64,000 bases of DNA, taken from assembly GCA_963749655.1 (NCBI GenBank), contig CAVVOB010000026.1, positions 1 to 64,000 of the forward strand. Reading direction: 5' to 3'. This DNA is from Nitrospirota bacterium. GTDB lineage: Bacteria > Nitrospirota > UBA9217. Below the pieces are notes generated by a model. The model saw only the letters and a list, made by a program, of their open reading frames with translations, did no database searches and had not been told where the DNA came from. The stretch's first letter is position 1, and each line of letters begins with the position of its first letter. Below, one piece after another: positions 21,542 through 31,249 of this stretch. Position numbers and translations under genes: made by a program.

Positions 21542-22219
21542 ATGAGGCGGGATATGCAGGACGTGATAACTATCGTATCGGGGCTGCCCCGGTCGGGAAC
21601 ATCGATGATGATGAAAATGCTGGAGGCGGGCGGGATGCCCGTGCTGGTCGATAATGTTCGCGAGGCGGATGAGGACAACCCCCGGGGCTATTACGAGTTC
21701 GAGCAGGTGAAGCAGGTTCAGGCGGACGCCTCGTGGCTGGACAATGCCGCGGGCAAGGCCGTGAAGATGGTTTCCCTTCTCCTGTACAGTCTTCCTTCCG
21801 ACCGGAAGTACAAAGTGCTCTTTATGCGCAGGAATATGACGGAGATCCTCGTCTCCCAGCGGGCGATGCTGGAAAGGACCGGACAGGGCAAGGACTTCAA
21901 CGATGCGGAAATGGCCGCACTGTTCTCCAGGCACCTCAGGGAGATCGAAGCGTGGCTCGGCGGGCAAAAGAATTTCGAAGTGCTCACCGTGCCCTATAAC
22001 AGCGTCATAGCCGACCCCCGGCAGTATGCGCGCCACATCAACCTGTTCCTATACGGCAGGCTGGACGAAGAGAAGATGGCACAGACTGTTGATGCTTCAT
22101 TGTACCGGAACCGGAGCGACCAGGAGCAGCCCGGAGACGGAGCAGCCGCGGGATCAGCCAGCGATGCAGAAGATCGGGAGAAGATCGAGGACCAGCTGAA
22201 GTCCCTCGGTTATCTATGA
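21542..22219 (+). CDS. Sulfotransferase-family protein
   Basis: PAPS-binding loop GLPRSGTS, NPRGYYE; C-terminal LKSLGYL. Confidence 0.85.
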   Translation: MRRDMQDVITIVSGLPRSGTSMMMKMLEAGGMPVLVDNVREADEDNPRGYYEFEQVKQVQADASWLDNAAGKAVKMVSLLLYSLPSDRKYKVLFMRRNMTEILVSQRAMLERTGQGKDFNDAEMAALFSRHLREIEAWLGGQKNFEVLTVPYNSVIADPRQYARHINLFLYGRLDEEKMAQTVDASLYRNRSDQEQPGDGAAAGSASDAEDREKIEDQLKSLGYL

Positions 22220-22305
22220 TGATCCCGTAAAAAGAGCCGGTTGCAGTTCCGGACGTCATCCCCCTTCCCATACCCAACCCGGACAAGCCGAAACAAAAAA
22301 GAAAT

Positions 22306-23364
22306 GCCACATTCAACTTTGAAGTGCAACAAATGAGCTAGCAACTTCTACTGGTGTTTTAAATCCCAGACATTTTCTGGGTCGATTGTTAATTAGCTTC
22401 TCGATCTTTTTGATCTGATCTTTGTCAATCTTACTGAAGTCGGTTCCCTTTGGCAAGTAGCGGCGGATGAGGCCATTTACCTGCTCATTCGAACCACGTT
22501 GCCATGCAGCATAGGGATATGCGAAGTAGCACTTGATGCCAAGTGTTTCTGTCAGCACTTCGTGACTGGCGTTCTCCGTGCCATTGTCCATGGTGAGCGT
22601 TCTTTTCGCCTTAGGCGGAAGCTTCTTGAGTACTTTTGTGACCGCCTTATTCGTTTCGGCGGCTGACTTACTTTTTATCTTCGTCAGCCGAAGTAGCCGG
22701 GTTACACGTTCGGTCATGCTGTGAAGCGCTACCTTGCTTTTGCGAGAGATTATTGTATCGCTCTCCCAATGACCGACTTGCTTACGCTGGTCAACGGCCT
22801 TTGGCCTAGCAGCAATCGGAACCCTATTGGGAATCTTGGTTTTTCGTACTTTTCTCCCTTTTCCCTTAATGCGCCGTTTCCGATGGGCGCGACAGAGTTG
22901 GGAGATAAGTTGATTACCATCGGGAGTGTCCCGATGGTAAATAAACTGATAGATCGCTTCATGGCTTATCGACTGACCGTTTTTCTTTAAGCGACCGGCG
23001 ATGATCTCCGGGGACCAGCCTAGTTTCAGCTTTTGCCTGACGTAGCGCTGGATCTTCTTGCTCTTAAGCAACGGCCGGCTATGACGTGCTGTCAGTTTTC
23101 TCTGAACCGATCGTTTTTGCGCCTGACAGGGGGTGTAACAGCTATATCCCTGAGAGGCGTTACGTCTAAGCTCGCGGGAGATCGTTCCCTTGTCGCGGCC
23201 GATCGTCCGGGCAATTTCGGAGGGGCCTTTGCCCTCCCAGTGCATACTTGCTATGATCTCACGCTCAGCTTCGGTAAGATGAACATAGGTTTTTGACATA
23301 GTCACCTAGGATAGCAGATTCCTTGTTGCTATCCCAGGTGTTGCACTTCACAATTGAACTTGCG
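22306..23364 (-). mobile_element. IS30-family insertion sequence (1059 bp)
   Basis: 26-bp imperfect terminal IRs (22306-22331, 23339-23364; core TTCAA..TGAAGTGCAACA), AAT direct repeat on both flanks. Confidence 0.92.
22313..23305 (-). CDS. IS30 DDE transposase
   Basis: HTH (TISRELRRN), WSPE, GHWESDT, TMDNGTE, QRGSNE, NNRPRKCLG. Confidence 0.95.
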   Translation of the reverse strand: MTMSKTYVHLTEAEREIIASMHWEGKGPSEIARTIGRDKGTISRELRRNASQGYSCYTPCQAQKRSVQRKLTARHSRPLLKSKKIQRYVRQKLKLGWSPEIIAGRLKKNGQSISHEAIYQFIYHRDTPDGNQLISQLCRAHRKRRIKGKGRKVRKTKIPNRVPIAARPKAVDQRKQVGHWESDTIISRKSKVALHSMTERVTRLLRLTKIKSKSAAETNKAVTKVLKKLPPKAKRTLTMDNGTENASHEVLTETLGIKCYFAYPYAAWQRGSNEQVNGLIRRYLPKGTDFSKIDKDQIKKIEKLINNRPRKCLGFKTPVEVASSFVALQS

Positions 23365-23371
23365 AATGCAA

Positions 23372-23455
23372 TTTTACCACGGATGAACACAGATAAACAC
23401 GGATGAATAATGCCATATTGGCATGATCCGTAGCCTTCAGTCAATTCGTGGTGAT
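23372..23455. repeat. Inverted 10-mer-arm element
   Basis: cacggatgaa-cacagataaa-cacggatgaa with a degenerate inverted arm ending ttcgtggt. Confidence 0.6.
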
Positions 23456-23543
23456 AAATGCCTTAGATTTTTTACCGTTTTGAGAAGAATTTGATTCTTT
23501 AGTTAACGATGCAGTGCCTCAGACCAAAATCAAAGCAAAGGCG

Positions 23544-23633
23544 TCTCGCGCCAAGTCGCTAAGACGCAAAGGAAAGCAATCCCTTAATTTTTCTTCACGT
23601 CTTTTTTTGCGACTTTGCGGCTTTGCGCGAAAA
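23544..23633. repeat. Inverted 8-mer-arm element
   Basis: cgccaagt-cgctaaga-cgcaaagg ... ttttgcga-ctttgcgg-ctttgcgc. Confidence 0.7.
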
Positions 23634-23724
23634 TGTCGTGGTTTTAGCTTCAAAGAATTTGACTCAAATTTCAAGATGTGTCGAAGTAAAGTACCTTTAA
23701 TGCAGAACTTCCCGCGTAGAAGCG

Positions 23725-24600
23725 ATGGCAAAGATAACCACACCCCTCGAAGTCTACAAGCTGCTGCCGAAGACCAATTGCGGGCAATGCGGCATTGCAA
23801 CGTGCATGGCCTTTGCCGCCGCAATCATCAAGAAGGAAAAGCGGCCGGTTGACTGTCCCTTCCTGGGCCGGGAAGCTGCCGAACGCATGGACAGCTCGGT
23901 TGAAACACCGGTCTCCCTTGAGAGCGTCCAGGAGGCGTCTCTCAAAGACCTTCAGTCAAGGATCTCCCGGATCGACCTTTCCGTGCGCGCAGCGGCGCTG
24001 GGGGGCCGCGTTCACGGCGGACGGCTCATAGTACCCTGCCTCGGCAAGGACTTCGAAATCGATGAAGCGGGCAATGTGGTGTCCCAATGCCATACGCATG
24101 CCTGGTTTGCAGTTCCGCTGCTGGATTACGTGCTCTCCTGCCGGGCCGAGCCGGTCCCGGAGAGGTGGGTGCCCTTCAGGGAGCTGGACTGCGGAAAAAC
24201 CTGGGGCCCGCTTTTCGAGCGACGCTGCGAAAGTCCGTTCAAGGAGATCGCAGACGCTCACAGCGAGCTTTTCGCCGATCTCATAAGCATGTTCAGCGGC
24301 GTGTCATCCCATCGTCCTTTTGCGTCCGACATTGCCGTGGTCCTCTACCCCCTTCCGAAGGTTCCCCTTCTGGTCTGCTACTGGAAGCCGGACGGCGATC
24401 TCGAATCCCGGCTGCATCTGTTCTTCGATGATACGGCCGAACAGCGGCTGCGGATCGAGTCTCTCTTCACTCTCGGAACGGGACTTGTCCGCATGCTGGA
24501 GAAGATCATGTCCCGGCATACTGACAAGGGCATTACTCTTTCGCGATGGCCTGCTGCAGAAAGTTACATTTCCCAAAAAAAAGGTCGAACGGGGGGCTGA
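23725..24600 (+). CDS. Fe-S domain + DUF3786-like protein
   Basis: LPKTNCGQCGIATCMAFA..CP N-terminal Fe-S motif. Confidence 0.8.
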   Translation: MAKITTPLEVYKLLPKTNCGQCGIATCMAFAAAIIKKEKRPVDCPFLGREAAERMDSSVETPVSLESVQEASLKDLQSRISRIDLSVRAAALGGRVHGGRLIVPCLGKDFEIDEAGNVVSQCHTHAWFAVPLLDYVLSCRAEPVPERWVPFRELDCGKTWGPLFERRCESPFKEIADAHSELFADLISMFSGVSSHRPFASDIAVVLYPLPKVPLLVCYWKPDGDLESRLHLFFDDTAEQRLRIESLFTLGTGLVRMLEKIMSRHTDKGITLSRWPAAESYISQKKGRTGG

Positions 24601-24764
24601 TGAACGGGTCCGCGGACAGGTAATCCCGTTGACAACCATTTATCCTGTGTGATATGCTCATCTTCAGGTTTGTTAATTCCTGCATGGCTCCCCTCAGAGT
24701 AAGTTCCACTTCCGGGCGGGCAGTTCCGTACGAAAAAAAATACAGGATGGTATCAACCGTGATC

Positions 24765-25092
24765 ATGGCGTTGAAAAAAAAGCTGATTATCGTGGCAATC
24801 GCCGGCAGCGTCTTTGCCGGAGCCGGCTGCGCAAACTGGTTCAAGGCTCCCCCCGCCGCCACCGCCGCCACCAAAGCCGACAGTGCGGCAGCACGTCGAT
24901 CCCAAAGCACAGCAGCAGCATTATGATCAGGGGCTCCAGTACTATTCCCAGGAGCACTATCGGCAGGCCAAGGAGTCCTTTCAACAGGTTGTCGAGCTCG
25001 GTCCGAACACGCCGCTGGGAGTGAAAGCTCAGGAGAACCTGAGGAAGATAGATCGCATCCTGAAGACCCTCGAGGAAATCGAATCAAAATGA
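24765..25092 (+). CDS. Small TPR-like lipoprotein with Pro-rich linker (frameshift in C-run ~24850)
   Basis: Lipobox AGAGC in ORF 24654 joins the poly-Pro/TPR-like ORF 24814; stop overlaps the cyclase start. Confidence 0.7.
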
Positions 25093-26954
25093 CGGAAGAT
25101 ACCGGAAAGAATACCACAGAAAGCCAGCCGGAGGCCTGTTTGCCGCCGGACGATCCGCGGCCCGCGCCTGAAGAAAAAAGCGCTGCAGCGCCTCCCGCCA
25201 CCGGGAAACAGGAGTCCGGGAAACCGGCCCTGCTGCTCCGCCTTGTCCATGTCCTCAACTCGATAAGCGTCCGCTACAAGATCGCAGGGACCCTCATCGT
25301 GGTCCTGAGCCTTGCCGTCCTTTCTCTCGGCATCGTTACCTTTGCCCGTCAGAACGCCATCCTCCGCAACGAAATGAAAAGCCGCGCGGCGACGCTGGCG
25401 CAGCAGCTTGCCAGTGTAGGCAAGGAAGGCCTGCTGACGAAGCAGGAACTGCCTGTCTTCTCCGCGATTTCGGACATTCGGAAACACGAAGGGGTCGTCT
25501 ATGCCGTGGTCCTCGACGACGAGGGACGGGTGTTCGCCCACAGTGACATGTCCCGGAAGGGGACGGTCCTGAACGAAGCGGCCGACCGGGTTGCGCTCAA
25601 AGCCGACGCCCTGCTTTTCCAGGAGACGTCATTCAACAATGATTCGGTTCTGGACGCAACGATGCCTATTCTCCTCTCGACCAAGAACCTGAAGCTCGGC
25701 GTCGCCAGGATCGGCCTGTCCGAAAAAGCGTTGAACGAAGCCATCGGCAGGCAAAAGACCGTCTATCTCTGGGTGGCACTGGCCTTTGTCGCCGGCGGAC
25801 TCCTCGTGTCCTTCGCGCTCGCACGCATGATCACCAAGCCCCTTGACTCGCTCGCAGAAGGCATCCAGGTCGTGGCACGGGGGGACCTGCGCAGGCTGGT
25901 CCCCGTCGGTGCCGACGACGAGATCGGCAGGCTGACGGGCGTCTTTAACAACATGATCCTGAGCCTTCGCGAGAAGCTCCTGATGGAAAAATATCTGTCC
26001 CAGCCCACGGTCCAGAGCATCAAGGAGCACCGCGACGTTACGCAGCTGAAGCTCGGCGGCGAGCGGAAGTACGTTACCGCCCTCTTCTCCGACGCGCGGG
26101 GCTTCACGGCCATGTCGGAGAAACTGAGCCCTGAGGACGTGGTCAGGATCATGAACGTTTATCTGAACCTGCAGGCGAAGGTCATTCACCAGTTCGGCGG
26201 AACCATCGACAAGTTCGTCGGCGACGAGGTCATGGCGATCTTCGAAGGGCGGGGCAACGAGATCAACGCGGTCCGGGCAGCCGTCGAGATCCAGAACTAC
26301 TGCCGGGCCCTGAATGCCGCAAGGGCGGCTGCCGGGGATAAGACGATTTCCATCGGCATCGGCCTGAACAGCGGCGAAGTGGTCATGGGCAACATGGGCT
26401 CCGAAGACCACATGGATTACACGGTCATCGGAGACAATATCAACGTGGCGGCGCGTATGTGCGGGATTGCGAAGCCGGGGCAGGTCCTGGTGAGCAAGGC
26501 CATTGCCGAGACGATCGGCGTCGACGGAGTCATCAAGGACATGCAGCCCGTTCTCGTAAAGGGGAAAGACCAGCCTATCGGCATAGCGGAGGTCGTGACG
26601 GTCAGGGGTGGGACCAGGCAGTACATGCGGAAGATGACGGACACGTCTGCGGTCTATACGCTCGAGGGCTTCAGCGACGAATCCTATACCGCCAGGGTCA
26701 ACAACATCAGTCCCGCCGGCTGCCTCCTCGAAGTCGACGCGCCGGTCGGTATCGGCTCAAAATTGAACATCAACTTCGACCTTGCAGCACTGGAGAACGT
26801 GCCGCTTCGTGCCACGGTTTATCACGCCAGGAAACAGGACCGGGCGTACTTGATCGGTCTCTGCTTCGAGAACGTGCCGGAAGAAGCACGGCATCGCATG
26901 GTCCAGTGGATCCACCAGGTAAATTCGGAGATCGTCGAAGGCCTGCTGCTCTGA
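25089..26954 (+). CDS. Membrane class III adenylate cyclase (HAMP) with C-terminal PilZ domain
   Basis: FSDARGFT, DKFVGDE, DYTVIGDNINVAARM; PilZ RQYMR and NISPAG. Confidence 0.9.
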   Translation: MTEDTGKNTTESQPEACLPPDDPRPAPEEKSAAAPPATGKQESGKPALLLRLVHVLNSISVRYKIAGTLIVVLSLAVLSLGIVTFARQNAILRNEMKSRAATLAQQLASVGKEGLLTKQELPVFSAISDIRKHEGVVYAVVLDDEGRVFAHSDMSRKGTVLNEAADRVALKADALLFQETSFNNDSVLDATMPILLSTKNLKLGVARIGLSEKALNEAIGRQKTVYLWVALAFVAGGLLVSFALARMITKPLDSLAEGIQVVARGDLRRLVPVGADDEIGRLTGVFNNMILSLREKLLMEKYLSQPTVQSIKEHRDVTQLKLGGERKYVTALFSDARGFTAMSEKLSPEDVVRIMNVYLNLQAKVIHQFGGTIDKFVGDEVMAIFEGRGNEINAVRAAVEIQNYCRALNAARAAAGDKTISIGIGLNSGEVVMGNMGSEDHMDYTVIGDNINVAARMCGIAKPGQVLVSKAIAETIGVDGVIKDMQPVLVKGKDQPIGIAEVVTVRGGTRQYMRKMTDTSAVYTLEGFSDESYTARVNNISPAGCLLEVDAPVGIGSKLNINFDLAALENVPLRATVYHARKQDRAYLIGLCFENVPEEARHRMVQWIHQVNSEIVEGLLL

Positions 26955-26997
26955 GTTCGGGAATTCTACGGACTGTTCCACACGCACATAAACCCAT

Positions 26998-27027
26998 ACC
27001 CCGTCCACCCACGGACGGGGTTTTTCA
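26998..27027 (+). terminator. Intrinsic terminator
   Basis: ACCCCGTCC-ACCCAC-GGACGGGGT-TTTT. Confidence 0.75.
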
Positions 27028-27531
27028 TTTGCGAATTTATTCTGTTCACCCCTGTTGTGAAAAGCCGTACGCGTATTGATAATCTGTTACAAGCGAGGTC
27101 AATGGTCAGTTGGCCCCTCCCCGCTACCCTCACCATGCCGGACGTATTTCCCGAATATCGAGAGACATAAACAGGTGTAACGTCCGGCGATCCGATCCAT
27201 GCCTTGCGGTCGAAATAATACAAAACGTGAATGCCAGGCATACCGTTGTGCGGAATTATATGGTTCTGTGACATGCTTGTTCTTCCATGCTAAAAATTTT
27301 CCAGGAGAAAATGAAAAAGGTTATATCGAGGTTCTCCGTATGGACTTGCGTCTCAGGGAAAACATCCGTACTCCTTTGGTTTTCAGTGACTGAGACCGAA
27401 GCAGCAGCAGAGGTATTTGACGTCGAGGCTCAAGATCGGTTTCAGCCGCCCCTGGAGAAAAGAGTAGAAATAAAATAGGTTTCGAATATGAATGTTGTGT
27501 TCCACGAGGAAAGAAAAGGAGTGTGAGAACC

Positions 27532-27975
27532 ATGGAACAGAGGCCGATAAAAAGATTGATGACGGCAAGAATTTTCTCGATTCTCGCCGGCATGTTATAC
27601 AGCTGCGGCGGCGGTGGAAGCTACGGGGGGAGCAGTGCGGCTCCTGCCGTTCCTTCTCCTTCCCCTGCAACGTCGACGGACGAGGTTGTGGCCTGTCCAG
27701 CGAGCGGCACGAGCGCTATGTCAATTGTGAGTATGGTCTCGCCCGGGTTCAGCCCCAACAGCCTCACGGTGCCTGTCAACACAACGATGAAATGGACCAA
27801 CAATGATGCGATCCTTCACACGGTGACGAGCACGACGGTGCCTGCGAGCGGCACTTTCGACCAGCAGGTAAGTCCCGGCACCTCGGTCTGTCTGAAGTTT
27901 ACTTCAGCCGGAACCTTTAACTATCATTGTTCGATCCACCCGGCAACTATGATAGGAGTGGTGACCATACAGTAA
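27532..27975 (+). CDS. Cupredoxin (plastocyanin/azurin-like) lipoprotein 1
   Basis: Lipobox LYSC; type-1 Cu ligands HTVT..YHCSIHPATM. Confidence 0.85.
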   Translation: MEQRPIKRLMTARIFSILAGMLYSCGGGGSYGGSSAAPAVPSPSPATSTDEVVACPASGTSAMSIVSMVSPGFSPNSLTVPVNTTMKWTNNDAILHTVTSTTVPASGTFDQQVSPGTSVCLKFTSAGTFNYHCSIHPATMIGVVTIQ

Positions 27976-28085
27976 CGTCTTTAAAGGTCCGAGAAAATCA
28001 AAAGAAGGTGCGAGGCAGGAGAGTAAATGCCTCGCACGCCCCTTTTGTGTCTCCTTACAAGAATTTGTGCAGGGAGGGCATTGCA

Positions 28086-28494
28086 ATGAGGATAGCGAAG
28101 AATATCGCCACCTTTGTATCGCTTATGGTTGCTTTGACGGCCTTGTATTCCTGCGGCAGCAGCAGCTCCAATACGAACATGAGCACCGTTTCATCGGCAA
28201 GCGCAAAGATCGTGGCCTGTCCAGCGACGGGGTTTACGAATGTGGCAATATTCAATTTTGCGTTTCAGCCGGTCAGCGCTGCAATTTCAGCGAACGGCAT
28301 TGTCAAGTGGGTCAATGCCGACTCGACAGATCATACGGTCACCAGCAACGCGCCGGGGGCACTTGACGGGAAGTTCGATTCAGGAAATTTAGCGCCGAAC
28401 GCGACCGTATGCGTGCAATTCATGCAGTCGGGCACCTATCAATACTTTTGCAACATCCATGTGTTCATGACAGGGGACGGTGACCGTGCAGTAA
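28086..28494 (+). CDS. Cupredoxin lipoprotein 2 (extra G near 28473)
   Basis: Lipobox LYSC; HTVT..YFCNIHVFM; removing one G restores GTVTVQ* like paralog 1. Confidence 0.8.
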
Positions 28495-28708
28495 AGGCTG
28501 CACCTGCAACCGTGATTGCCTCGGATGATGTATGCTACTTTACCGTTCTTATGAACTGCCGCGGTGCAGGACTGCAAAAAACGAAAAATGCGTTTTTCCC
28601 CGGGGGAGGCACAGATGAGGTTCTTCCCGGGCTTCTGACTGAGAGGGTCTGGCCGTCCAAATTCCTGCCTGGCCATAACGCGACTACCTGCTCCAGTAAA
28701 TAAGTTTG

Positions 28709-29413
28709 CTAAAAAGGCAGTCCCACTATCAGACGGACTTCGCGGTCATTTGTCTTTTGATTCAGTCCGTAAACGGCACCGATGTTCGCCCAGATTCTGT
28801 TTCCCGGCCAGGCGATCGTCGGGCCGACGGCATATTCATTCTCTGTATAGCTCCCATTGCTTTCTGCCCCGACACGGAGCCAGGGAACTATCTCGTAGCT
28901 TATCCCCGCTGCATATTCGTTTTCAACAAAACCGGACCTGTACCTTCGATCGTATATCTGATTATAGACTATGTTGGTCTTTCCAAGGTCCTTGGAGAGG
29001 ATCAGTTTCCCTTCGAAGGCATCGTCTCCGGCGAGATTAACCTCATGTTCGGCATACTGCAAGATATCCAAAGGCAGCGCATTGGTTTCGGCAATTCTGT
29101 ACTTAAGTTCTATTTTGTAGCCTTGATAGCCCAGGGACGAGCTGTCCGCTTCTTGTCCATAGACCTCATAGAGGTTCACATTAAGGTGATCCGTAATGCC
29201 GTATTCAAGTTCAAGCTGCTGAGTCCAGTCACTTGCATTCCTCGTCTGGATGTCTTTTGTTACTGCGGTATTATACAATTCGGCTTCCGCGTCGCCTTTT
29301 CCCAGGGTCCAGTATTCCTCCGTCCAGACGTAGCTTCGCTGGCCCGCTTGAGCTCCTGTGGTCATCAGAACAAACAATATAGTCAGCAACGATCTCTTTA
29401 ATAGAACAGCCAT
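28709..29413 (-). CDS. Putative outer-membrane beta-barrel protein of unknown function
   Basis: Signal peptide (..GAQA), ELEYGITD, C-terminal Phe. Confidence 0.7.
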   Translation of the reverse strand: MAVLLKRSLLTILFVLMTTGAQAGQRSYVWTEEYWTLGKGDAEAELYNTAVTKDIQTRNASDWTQQLELEYGITDHLNVNLYEVYGQEADSSSLGYQGYKIELKYRIAETNALPLDILQYAEHEVNLAGDDAFEGKLILSKDLGKTNIVYNQIYDRRYRSGFVENEYAAGISYEIVPWLRVGAESNGSYTENEYAVGPTIAWPGNRIWANIGAVYGLNQKTNDREVRLIVGLPF

Positions 29414-29434
29414 AGTCGACGTGCCCTTCAATAC

Positions 29435-29453
29435 GATATTGATAATCATTTTC
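29435..29453. promoter_or_regulatory. Fur box
   Basis: GATATTGATAATCATTTTC matches GATAATGATAATCATTATC at 17 of 19 positions, just upstream of the 29413 start. Confidence 0.8.
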
Positions 29454-29753
29454 AACAAGAAGGATAATACGACTCTTTCGGCTCGATAGCAAGATTTTTT
29501 GGAAAATGAAGTGCGGGATATACGAGAAAAGAAAATTTCGAAAATGGCAGGATGTAGCCAGGTGGACGTCGAGGGATTGCAGAAGCGACGAGAGCGGTTA
29601 AAACCGCCCCCGTCGTTGGCTCTGCTCGTGCAGTTTAAGCTGAATTACGGCACATACTCGCTGAACCGTGCGAAAATGTGGCAGCGAACACCATATCGTG
29701 ACGATCGGCCCGATAGGGTGCATGTTTCATGGCCCTTCGAGCGCCCTCCCGTT

Positions 29754-30167
29754 CTACGGTTTCGCCACAGACCACAGGTCCTTAAATCCCTGGCCGGCTG
29801 TATCACCGGCTTTAGCGTCCTTGCTGAAGTAATAAAGCGGCATTCCCTTGTAAGTCGTCTGTTTTACTCCGTCTGCACGTGTGATCGTCCCGAAGTCGCC
29901 GCCGGCCAGACCGTCCTTAGCGTCAACGCTCTCCCGATAATACAACGGCCAGATCCCAACACAAGGCCCTTCGCAAGCGCTCTTTCCCGGGGAATCCTTC
30001 TTGAAGGTATAGAGCGTCATTCCGGCGATGTCGGTAAGATAGCTCCCGAGCCCTTCCTTTTGCGCGACTTTGACTGCGTGATGTTCAGCAAACGCGGTCC
30101 CCACTCCTACTATAGCCGCAAGAATTACTATCAACGTCGATAATTTCACAAACTTCTTCATCTTCAT
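29754..30167 (-). CDS. Secreted Yx(F/W/Y)xxD-repeat protein (COG4315-like)
   Basis: GMTLYTFKKD, CEGPCVGIWP, GMPLYYFSKD, GDTAGQG; signal peptide. Confidence 0.85.
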   Translation of the reverse strand: MKMKKFVKLSTLIVILAAIVGVGTAFAEHHAVKVAQKEGLGSYLTDIAGMTLYTFKKDSPGKSACEGPCVGIWPLYYRESVDAKDGLAGGDFGTITRADGVKQTTYKGMPLYYFSKDAKAGDTAGQGFKDLWSVAKP

Positions 30168-30207
30168 GGTTGTTCCTCCTTGTTTGATTGAAGGCGATGA
30201 TACTATA

Positions 30208-30236
30208 AGCATAGCAGTCCAGGTTGATCAAGTCAA
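30208..30236 (-). promoter_or_regulatory. sigma70-type promoter
   Basis: TTGACT-17 nt-TATGCT on the minus strand upstream of 30167. Confidence 0.5.
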
Positions 30237-30469
30237 TGTCACGTGCGGGAAGCACGACGAATCAATCATTGAAGCGCCAGGAGCGGGGAAGAGCATTCGG
30301 TTGCTTTTATGGAGCGATCAAGGTCGGGCGACAGACAGATTCTGTTGTATAGGTAACCTGCATGCGGCCCTCTTTGTTCAAAATCAGATGCTGAACATGC
30401 TATAATTTTAAAGATAGATGACTCCCAAGTAACAGATCGATACAGCAACCCCCAAAAGGAAATATTCTC

Positions 30470-31249
30470 ATGATGTTGTTCTTGCCTGAGCGGAGGCGCT
30501 TCCAGGAATTTATAGATCTCCCTCTTGAGAACTATAGTCTGTCCGAGTATTCCGGGAACCTTGCGGATATCAGGAAAGTCAACCGGTTTCTTGGCGGCTA
30601 TTACGCAGTGCTTAAGCGTTTTTCATCGCTCCTGCAGCCTGATGCGAGGCGCCTGACAAGACCGATCAGGGTACTGGATGTTGCAACAGGCTCGGCCGAT
30701 ATTCCCGCAGCGATAGTAAAATGGGCGCGCGGGAAGGGACTTCCGATCGAAGTGACGGCGATTGACAGCAATCTCTTCGCGGTCCGGGAAGCGGCGGCCT
30801 TCACTACGGCATACCCGGAAATTACCGTTGCCGTCGCCGACGGGCTTTCGCTTCCCTTCGAGAATGGGAGCTTCGACATCGTATTGTGCGTCAAGACGCT
30901 GCACCACCTCAGCGATGAGGAGACGGTCAGGCTGCTGAAGGAAATATACAGGGTGGCTGCCGTCGGCTATATGGTCATGGATCTGCGGCGGAGCCGTTTG
31001 GCTTGGTCGCTCATAACCGTGCTCACGAGGTTCTTTTCGCGGAACAGGCTTACCCGGCATGACGGCCCGATGTCGGTACTCCGTTCCTACACGGTCACCG
31101 AGCTGGACGCCCTGGCTGAAAGAGCGGGCCTTGCTGGCCGCAGGGTGGTAGAGGCGCCGTTCTGGCACATGGTAGCATTCGGAAGGAAAGAATGGGATGA
31201 AAAAATTCGTCTTGTCCGTAGCGACCAATTTCGACAACGGGCTTCTTGA
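30470..31249 (+). CDS. SAM-dependent methyltransferase (type III PKS-associated family)
   Basis: VNRFLGG, LDVATGSAD, TLHHL, DLRRS, TRHDGPMSV. Confidence 0.9.
   Translation: MMLFLPERRRFQEFIDLPLENYSLSEYSGNLADIRKVNRFLGGYYAVLKRFSSLLQPDARRLTRPIRVLDVATGSADIPAAIVKWARGKGLPIEVTAIDSNLFAVREAAAFTTAYPEITVAVADGLSLPFENGSFDIVLCVKTLHHLSDEETVRLLKEIYRVAAVGYMVMDLRRSRLAWSLITVLTRFFSRNRLTRHDGPMSVLRSYTVTELDALAERAGLAGRRVVEAPFWHMVAFGRKEWDEKIRLVRSDQFRQRAS

Noticed and set aside
30224-30236. FNR-like TTGAT..TCAA
   Set aside because: Spacer is 3 nt rather than 4; better explained as the -35 element of the minus-strand promoter
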